Shown here in pieces: positions 53,993-64,000 of a DNA stretch of 64,000 nucleotides. A program made the translations under genes and the position numbers. Position 1 is the stretch's first letter. Every line of letters starts with the position of its first letter. A model generated the notes under the pieces. It was not told the DNA's origin and did not search any database. It saw only the letters and a list, made by a program, of their open reading frames with translations. The DNA comes from Octopus vulgaris (taxonomy: Eukaryota): NCBI GenBank assembly GCA_951406725.2, contig OX597825.1, forward strand, positions 87,544,001 to 87,608,000. The letters are read 5' to 3'.

Positions 53993-54921
53993 TCACACTC
54001 GAGCACACACAGACACACATAGACACAAGTGCGCGCACATATTCATACATACACACATATATACATGCATAATCTCTGTGTACACTCTTGCACTGAAATT
54101 TTGAGAATAATTGGATTTAGAATAATTGAAATATATTCCAGATCGGAACATGCATAAATAATGAAGGAAAAAACTGCGTTCATTGTGTGCGATGTTACAA
54201 TGATTAGTAATGCTTCTAGAGCTTTCCTCACCGTGAAAAATATTTCAGTCTCCTCTGTGTATAGCGGAAAATGTAATTATACTTGCATGACCTATATAGA
54301 TAATCTGATTGACAACAGCACTAATAGAATTCACGGCACACCTTGGTGTACTTTCAAGTAAACGGAGAGAAAGCAGTGGCATCAACGCAACCATTTTTAT
54401 ACGATATCGCAAATTCTTTACTGAGACTATAAAATATAATCGAGCTATAACTATGGAAAATAAGGATGATATGGAAAATAATTATATTAGACTCATATAA
54501 ACTACCTTTAAAATCCGATATACATGACATTACTATTCGTTTGGCAGTAGAAGTAAGAGTGCAATAAACCTCACATATGTTGGACAAGTATTTGTTTTGT
54601 TAGCAACTCAGGAAAAGAAACACTGTATCGATAATATTCTCAGCTTCTTACTATACTAGTGAGATCAAAGTGTTCAATGTTCATTGTGGAGATGCTTAAG
54701 ACGCATTCTCTGAAGAAAAATAATAACTCTGGTAGACTGATATTTCCTGGGATAAACAATAGAGCAACACTTTCTGAGCAGAGTTTGGCAAAATAGAAGT
54801 AATGTGAGAAGAGATAAGGTAAGTATCGATCGTGTAGAAGTGTAACGAGTTTTAGGGAGCAGACGTCATGATTGAAGCTACAAAAGAATTGGAGTAGACT
54901 GAAATTTGAGTTAAATATAAT

Positions 54922-55320
54922 CTTTTCTACCCTAGGCACAACGCCAGAAATTTTATGGGAGAGGCCAGTCGATTAGATCGACACCAGTACGTAACCGGTA
55001 CTTAATTTATCGACCCCGAAAGGATGAAAGGCAAAGTCGATCTCGGTTGGATTTGAACTCAGAACGTAAAGACAGACGAAATACCTACTTCTTTATTGCC
55101 CATAAGGGGCTAAACACAGACAGGACAAACAAGGACAGACAAACGGATTAAGTCGATTACATCGACCCAAGTGGGTAACTGGTACTTATTTAATCGACCC
55201 CGAAAGGATGAAAGGCAAAGTCGACCTCGGCGGAATTTTGAACTCAGAACGTAACGGTAGACGACATAACGCTACGCATTTCGCCCGGCGCGCTAACGTT
55301 TCTGCCAGCTCGCCGCCTTT
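54922..55320 (-). mobile_element. SINE family A chimeric dimer (head-core-tail1-core-tail2)
   Basis: Flanked as one unit by 15-bp TSD TGAGTTAAATATAAT at 54907-54921 and 55323-55337. Confidence 0.9.
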
Positions 55321-55975
55321 TCTGAGTTAAATATAATAGCATACGGATGACATACGTTTTGGAATTGATAAGATCCGTTTGTCGATGGATTCAAATAATT
55401 TTAAAAGCTGTCAAAACATTAATGTCTGGCAGTGCTAAATTGTTAAATGAAAATAAAAATAAACGTCTCCAAGTGAAGACAAAACGATACACGGAGAAAC
55501 ATCCGGAATCAATAGAAAACAGTAGCAGATCATATCAGAAACCATTAGATGCGAGTAGAGCTTAGCGAAAGTTTCAAGAAGTTTAACAGCTGTTTCGGTC
55601 AATATTGTTACGTTTCCAAACTTAATTCAGAACAGAAAATGAGGATAATGGAGACAGCTTCATCAATCTCTCTCTTAGTAAATTTCTAATATAACTTAGT
55701 GGCGGTGATAGATGTAAAAAGAGGCCGAAAATGAGATTATATGGACTGAAAGCTCAGGCATGAGCAGGAGATGAAGGAGAAAAGATTTAAGAGGAATATA
55801 GATGAAAGAAGCTTGCGTTCAATCCAAATAGAAGTGAGATCAAAGAGTTGAGAAGTGGTAGACAAAGTAAGGATACGTCCAGAATGATATTAAAAACACT
55901 TGCTTAATAAAATTGCATTCGTTGAATAAATTTCGTTCAATAAAAGGCAGTTAAAAAGAGTAAGGTGTGAAGGGC

Positions 55976-56062
<87 letters not shown>

Positions 56063-56221
56063 AATCTATCTATCTATCTATCTATCTACCTACCTACCTA
56101 TCTATCGAGAGTGAGGAACAGAGGTAAAGATAGAGAGATAGAGAAAGAGAGAGATAGAGATAGATAGATAGATAGAGAGTGAGTGTGTGAGGGCTAAAGA
56201 GAGCGACCATGAAAGTCAGTA

Positions 56222-56293
<72 letters not shown>

Positions 56294-56685
56294 GAAGTTC
56301 GCCTGGAAATTAAGAACAGGAAGCTGCGGTAGGAGAGTAAAATTCAAGTATTTTGAAGATCGGATGGAATGTGTGAAGGGGAGACAATTTGGTTGCGGAG
56401 ATGGAGATGCAGACGACAACAGAAATTGTTCGGTCAGTAAAGTCGACCACGCATTAAAAAATCGTCTCCTCTAAAGACAAATAGTCTCACAATAGAGCGC
56501 AGTCTGCTCGACTCTTTAGACGTAACTGAGTTTTTTGCATTGACTTGATACTGAAATCTAAACATTTACTGCAGAACTGGAGTCGATATAGTTCTATGCC
56601 TATGAGCCTATGAAGCTTGATAAGAATATAGCAGTAGGGGTCAGTCCACTCAGCTAATATAGTTTTTGTAGGATAATAACATTAT

Positions 56686-56990
56686 TGGTGAAGGCACGTG
56701 GTTTATTGGTTATCGTATGCAGCTAACGATCGTTGGGTCGTGATCTCTCTTCCCGGCAGCCCATTCTGTTCTTTCAGCAGGACACTTTATTTCACCTCTT
56801 CTCAAAAATGAGCGGTACCCGTATTTCAGAGAGGCCAGCTTTGTCACATTCTGAATTTTCCAGAGAACTACATAAACGTAAAACGTATCTGTGGAGTGCT
56901 CAGCCACTTGCACGTTAATTTCCTTTGCCAGCTGTTCCGTTGATCGAATCAACTGGAGCACTCGTCGCCCGTCACCGACGGAGACGCAAA
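56686..56990 (+). mobile_element. tRNA-derived SINE family C (related old copy at ~58335-58620)
   Basis: tRNA-like head GAAGGCACGTGGTTTATTGGTTA..; body TTGTCACA..GAGAACTAC..CACTTGCAC..GATCGAATCAACTG shared with 58480-58605. Confidence 0.55.
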
Positions 56991-57016
56991 TATATATATA
57001 TATATATATATATATC

Positions 57017-57050
<34 letters not shown>

Positions 57051-60000
57051 AGTTGCAAATAATTAAAGAAGAAACGAAGATTAGGTAACGTTAGTGGGTC
57101 ATTATGATTTGTTGCTGCCTGAAAGCTTGCTAAATACGTCAAGCAGTGAAAAAGAGAATCCAAAGTAGAAGTGAATGCCTGAGGCCTCTTTAGCTAGGTA
57201 CAAAACAAAGAGAAAGAGAAGATCACTACCGAGAGAGACCGAAAGCGAAACATCGAATCGACAAACCTGGTGGGAATACTCAGAAACTCCTCGGCATTAA
57301 ATTGTGTTGGAGGCTTATAACACTATATATATATATATATATATATATACATACATTCACGCTCATATATGCACATACACACCCACCCACCACACATACA
57401 CGCACACACATACACGCACACACACATATATATACGTAACGTGTGTCGATCACTTGGCTTCACTCTACAAAATGTAGTACCACCAGATCCTAATTTTGAT
57501 GGCTTCAGTTTCACATAAAAATTCAATCAACTCGAACCGATGGCAATATTTGATTTGCATCAGAAATAAAACGTTGTTGTGTCTTAGAGTTCAAAAGTAT
57601 AATTAAGTAGAACCAGAAAATAAACTTTTCAATTATTTTTTTGCCTAGAAATATCATATTAATAATTAATTGAATTGCTGTTAGGAATTAAAATTATTGT
57701 GGGAAGCATTGAAAAGCAGCGAGGCAATAATTTAACCACAAATTACTTAAGCTAAAATATCTGATATAAATTCCTAAGGTGAAAGCAATTTAATTTGTTA
57801 TTAATTAAAAATGGATTTAAATTTAATGAAAATATTTTCGAGAATTTAAATATAGTCTACAATATTTCAATAAAATTATATTTCATATAGATTTTCCAAA
57901 GAACGGAATCTGAAAGTAACTGTATGTTAATATAAATTCTTCAACGCATATCGCAAAAATTGTTTTCTTCAGATATATAAAATCTTGATGAAAGACATTC
58001 GCTTAAAATTATTGGCAATTATTTGAAATTATGTAATAAAGTTTTGGTCTATTTGTGGTAATAAATGTAAAGAAACATAAAATACCGACAGAGACACATA
58101 GGGACAACCTGGATATCACGTGTCCTTACATTTGCTTTGATCATGTGATTAAAATGCCTGATAGATTTTGAATATAAAAGTAAATATTCACCTGCATTTG
58201 TTTTAATTTTGGACACCGTGAATTTGGTTGCAAAACAAGTGTGAAACATCAGCAACATCAATCGCCGTTGATTTGGATGCTCTATAATCTAGATTTAAGC
58301 TTACAGTCAATGAATTTACAAGGGATGTATTTTGATGATGTTTAAAAAGTTCATCTTGCGACTATGAGATTCTGGTTTCGATCCTAATGAGTGCTATCTT
58401 GTGCAAGTTTCATTTTTTTATAACCTCAGATCGTCCCATGCTTTGTCGAACACTCTGCACCTGTAACTCCAACGTTCAGCCGTGTCACACGCGGTTTTAC
58501 GCTGATACTGGTTGAGAATTTTATTAAGGGTAGACGAATATGTGAAATACTCATTCACTTGTACATTGTTCAGAAGCAGGTGACTTAGTGGATCAAATAA
58601 CTGAATCATTAGAGTGTCTATGGCTGGTCAAGGCTATGCACGTATCCGAAGTAGTTACTATTTCATAGTACCTGACAGTAGAATTTAGAAGAAACAACTA
58701 CAATTTTCATAATTTTGGTCGAATTGCAATTGATAAATAATTCAGTGTTTGATTGACATACATTGCCAGAACCATTTATGTATGACATTCTGAAGACGAC
58801 AGCTGAAATCCTGGTCAACGCCAGTGGTTATTTATTTACATTATACAAGTGTAGAATACTGAATCGTAGAGCTTCTCACAGTGTCCTGTTAGAACCTGCT
58901 GGCGATTGGCATTTACTTCGCTGGTTAAATTTCTGAGTGAACAGATATTTGAAAAGCGCTGGTTTGTTCTCTTTTTGCAAAAACATGGAATTGATCAATA
59001 TCATAGGAAACAGAAATAGACAAAAATATTTCAATTTTTCTTCTACACTTTCACAATTCTTACTAGTAATACAAAAGAAGCGAAATTTGTGAAAGGCATT
59101 TTGTTTGTACTGCGAAACATTAAAAAAATTTGGAACAAGAAATATTTCTAAGCCAGATTGTTGTTAATTTGTATTGATTCTTGGCTGTAATATCTTACAA
59201 ATCTATGAACTTAGAAGAAAAGTGAGATGGAAGAAAAACATCCGGTTTGACATCAATTTACAACAAATTCAAAAAGTTTTAGTTTGAAATTAGTAATTTT
59301 CTAAGACAGTGAAAAATTTTGGGAAGCTTTACCAATGTAAATCGAAAGTGGGCAGTTATGTTGGCTGGCTAAGGTTTAATTATTATTCTTTTGGACAGTC
59401 GCTATCATATATGAAAACAGACCAATATCAGGTTTCATGTCTCATTAGAGGCAGCATTATGATATTGTCAGTTAAAGACTTCATATTGGAATAAATATTT
59501 ACCTAAGGTAATATTTGAAGCAGAGTTATATTACATCAGATGATGCACCCTTTTTCGCTCAGAAATATTGAATTGGAATTAATTAAATTGCTTTTAGGAA
59601 TCCAAAGAAAACCGAGGAACATTACAAAAGAGCAATGCAATAGTTTAAGCAGAAATTTTGTAGGCATAATTATTCGATATAATTTCTTAAATAGGGGCTA
59701 ATTATTTTTTCCAATTAACTGAAAGAAATTCCTGGCAAAAGTTTCAATTCAAATCTCTGTTATTTCACTAGAATTAAATTTGATAGAATTTACTGGTGGG
59801 GCACTGGTGAAGTTGTGGTTCTTATGAATGAAAAGAACAACATTAAAGTGTTATAGTATAAATTGATTCTAAGAGAACCAAGTCACAATGTCGAAAAATC
59901 CTTCTCCAGATGATGGAGAAAGAATAAAGGAAAGTATTAAACAAAATATTTAGCTCTTATTATATTCGAAACTGAAACCAAAATCATTCCACTGAAAATT

Positions 60001-60349
60001 AAATGCGGTGATAGCCTAAAAAGCTACAGTTCGTTAATACAATACACTAAACATATCTGATTCACACTTCCACACTTTTCTTCCAATAATTCTTTTATTC
60101 GTTCCCAGGAATCAGAACGAATTGTTTTCATGGAACAGAATAAAAATAAAAATATAACCTGTGATTGATACAAGACATAATATAACATCCATAAACCAGA
60201 TAGTGGGAAGTAATCGCGTATTGATTCAAATTCTTTCCTTCCAAATTAATAACATTGTATCAATAAGTCTTCAACTTTTTTGTATGTCAAAGAAACTATA
60301 TGTTAAAATAATTTCTATGGAAATATTTTGCTTGTACGAAAAGAATGCA

Positions 60350-60465
60350 TGTGCGGCACCCAAATGGCAGAACGGTTCTAGAGATATTTGCGATATTTTT
60401 GCGGAGTTTAGAGTTTAGGTCTTGGAGTGATCGACTTTGCCTTTCATGCTTCCGCAGCCGAGAAA
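60350..60465 (+). mobile_element. SINE family A, degenerate fragment
   Basis: TGGCAGAA..TCGACTTTGCCTTTCAT. Confidence 0.5.
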
Positions 60466-60554
60466 TATTGTAAAAATGTGTTATTATAATCTCATTTATT
60501 TGCCAAATGAAATGAATTTATGTCAATACCCTGTGCATTGACTTTTTAATTCAC

Positions 60555-60794
60555 CGAATTAAATGCATAAGAAACTTCGACAACAACAGCCAGCATTGGT
60601 CAACAGAAAAGGACCAATTCTTCTTCACAACAACGCTCGGCCACACGTCGCACAACATAAACTTGTTTCGCGTTGGCAAAAGTGTGTTGATTCTTATGGT
60701 GTTTATTTCGATTAATAAAGTTTTGTTTGAGCCGAGATATGTGCATCTGAATTTAAAGGTTAAAAACCGCAAGAACTTCCTTGACAACATAATA
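60555..60794 (+). mobile_element. Internally deleted mariner 3' fragment
   Basis: MHKKLRQQQPALVNRKGPILLHNNARPHVAQ joined to RWQKCVDSYGVYFD*, then a TIR-like end (AAAAACCGCAAGAACTTCCTTGACAACATAATA). Confidence 0.8.
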
Positions 60795-61798
60795 TTTCAA
60801 GATATTATTACATATCCGTAGATTAGTAATTTATTTCGCGATGTAAACTGTCTTAAATATAATTTTCTTTACAACATTTTTATTGAATTCTTAACAAAAT
60901 GTTTAATTTAGCGATGAATTCATCTCGTGGGAGTTTTCTTTTCTCGCCTTTATTGAATCTCTAAAGATTTCCACGGCTCAAGTACAGCTGTGACATGAAA
61001 ACTAATGTCTATAACACTCATGAAAATACATTCATACATAATAAATACATGCATACACGCAAACATACATGCACACATGCATACATACATACAGATAGAC
61101 AGATATAAACACAGACACACATATAAGTATAATGAGGGTGGATGTGTTATTTCAAAGAAAGACTTGACACATTTTAATCACAAAATCTCCTCCATAACAA
61201 AAGAAGCTGCAGTACTGCAGTTAACTGCACAGATGATGCCCAGGAAAAAGTGAAGTAAGCGAGTAAATCACGTGTCTGACATTCATACTACTGCTACTAC
61301 TACTACTAGCTATAGTATTAGCAGCAGTATTAGTAGTGTTAGAAATAGCAGCAGCAGCAGTAGTAGTAGTAGTAGTAGTAGTCATAAAACATAGAATATC
61401 GTTTCCTTCTAGGTTGGCAAGTGGAATAAAAAAGAGCAGAGGTTTAGGGCGGGGGCGGAGTGTCAACTGTGTTCTTGGCGCCTGTCAAAACGTTCGAATA
61501 CTTTACACTTCAACTTAAAAATCGATTAAACCGAGTAAACCAGATAAATAATGCTTCATCACAAATGCTATCCTCACTGAAAAATGTCAATATTCTTTTA
61601 TAAATATAAATATGTATTCCATTCTCATCAGTTTATTTAGACACGAGAAAAAAAATTGTGAGATATAAATATATGCATCATGAATTTTTTTACAAACTTC
61701 ATGGAAAAAATATAATCAAAGCAAACAGGTGATAAATTATTTTGAAATTATATTTCGATAGTGTGTGTGTATGATGTATGTATGTATGTACACACACA

Positions 61799-62155
<357 letters not shown>

Positions 62156-62399
62156 TGTGATCATCTTTTCACTTTCCACGTGTGTAGGAGCGGCTTTTAG
62201 TGAAGGATGTAGTTCGATGTTACTGCCCTCTTTTGGGTTTCTTGCTTTGATATTGGCTCATCCGGGATCTCCACGAGTCAGGGGTCAAGTTCACGTTTGA
62301 AAACGTCTACATCCACTCCATGGAGGCTCCTCAGATGCTTCGGCGGACAGTTAAACAGATATGGGCCCTTGAAACCCAAGCTATTGCAGTACATCGTCC

Positions 62400-62725
62400 T
62401 TGCCGGAGATGAAGCAGTCGGCACAATGGGGACAGCACAGTGACGTCCTGTTCGTGGTCTGGTATAGCTCTTTATTCCGAAGTTTGGTACCAGTCCTTCC
62501 AGTATTTTCCATATATATATATATCACTGCACAGTATGTGACCTCGTCTGTATCACTAGCGATTTTTTTCCCCTGCCTTCCCTTCTCGGGATCTTTCTTT
62601 CTCCTATGTTTCCGACGAAGAGCTCCGCTCGAAACGTCAAACCCTCCTTCTTCCCTTCTTTCCTGAGCGTCCAATAATACTTTATTTGTTCTACGTCCTT
62701 GCGTTGTTATTTTTTTGTTTTTGTT
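62400..62725 (+). mobile_element. Penelope-like pLTR/3' end running into (TA)n
   Basis: Hammerhead motif followed by a pyrimidine-rich tail and (TA)n; left boundary uncertain (could begin ~62200). Confidence 0.65.
62608..62642 (+). ncRNA. Minimal PLE-type hammerhead motif (CCGACGA core)
   Basis: GTTT-CCGACGA-a-GAGC-tcc-GCTC-GAA-ACGT-C-AAAC: stem I GTTT/AAAC, stem II GAGC/GCTC, palindromic stem III, GUC cleavage triplet. Confidence 0.7.
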
Positions 62726-62733
62726 ATATATAT

Positions 62734-62800
<67 letters not shown>

Positions 62801-64000
62801 AGTAATATAGCATTACAAAATGGAGTGTTTGAACAGAGTATAATCAATTTGTTTGCATGTCGTCAATTAATTAAGCCTACGTTCGTTTCTCTAACAATCT
62901 TCATTCAATTTACAATTATGAAATACATATTTAAGAAATACAATTAAAGTAGAAAAATTAAATAAGAATAGGTCTAATAGAAAATACGAAAATACAAATT
63001 CTAGAATATAAATCTAAGCTGTAAGTCTAATAATAATAATAATATAACTCAAATCTTTGAGAGGTAACATACACTCACCATGTACAAAAAAAAACAAAGG
63101 TAAAACCTAGCCCAGTCACATGATACATAGAAAACAATACCCCGGTTACATAGATCTAATTACAGTAATTTAATTAAATATAAAGATTAACCCTAGACAC
63201 CAACAATTATGACTAGCACACCCACAAAATAATTAATAAATTGATAAAAACAATGCTATCACTTCAAGTTTTCACAATTGATAACATAAATTAAAATGAA
63301 ATAATATATTTATTTACTGATAAACAAATAAACAAAAAATAAGTATATATACACCTATAACGTTTCTTTGTTTTAAACATGCTAACACGCACACACATAC
63401 GTAAATAAACGCGTGCTGCTAATTTAGTCTGTTGGACGCTCAGTTTATTAGGATGTAAAACAAATGAGTCAAATTTCGCCCTGAGGAAATATCTACCTTC
63501 GACATTTCATGATGCAATTTAAATTGTAATTTGAATCAAGATTGAAATAGAAACGTTCGTAAACTTATACAATAGAGAAAATGTAAATAAATTGTTTTTG
63601 TTCCGTTCAAACTATCCATTTTCGTTATGATATATTAATATAACTATACCTACATATATCGCTGAGAAGTAAACATGTACACGGAATATTGGAACTTCAA
63701 AATGTGTATAATAATGGTGCCTAATAAATAATAAGCGCTAAGACTACTGCGAAACAGCAGGAGTCCAGAAAGTTCATTGATATATACGATAAAACCGGGG
63801 GACGTTTGGATGTCGACATCCCTTTAAAGAGGAATTTATCTTCTCACAAAATCCCACTTACAATAATTACATAAATATATATATATAGATATGCATGCAC
63901 AAACTTCATATATGTATATGAGGGCGTGTATATATATATATATATATATATTTGTACACGTGTTAAGAAGTGTGAGGTACCAATTTATTTGATACGTAGT

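Noticed and set aside
58790-58820. CTGAAGA..GAAA possible hammerhead (similar isolated CTGATGA at 29854, 33899, 52274)
   Set aside because: No stem I/II/III pairing.

Overview
AT-rich, microsatellite-saturated eukaryotic non-coding DNA (intron or intergenic). The repeat content strongly resembles an Octopus/coleoid cephalopod genome (inferred from SINE families and repeat style). No host protein-coding gene can be supported; almost all ORFs in the track are translations of (TA)n, (CA)n, (TATC)n, (TAA)n or (GA)n. Real coding remnants are all transposon-derived: a young 5'-truncated Dong/R4-type RLE LINE in a (TAA)n array (13.2-14.8 kb), a second decayed RLE LINE in (CATA)n, two Tx1/L1-type LINE relics (30.6-32.3 kb, 46.8-49.3 kb), several mariner fragments and a possible decayed Penelope ORF. 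There are about 15 tRNA-derived SINE copies and two MITE-like elements. The most notable structure is a set of short non-coding fold-back elements of several unrelated sequence families sitting in or beside (TA)n tracts. Several carry minimal type-I hammerhead ribozyme motifs with a palindromic stem III (Penelope-type), including a two-copy family with a compensatory U3:A8 core. One SINE family also shares its 3' tail with the Tx1-like LINE and carries alternative tails.
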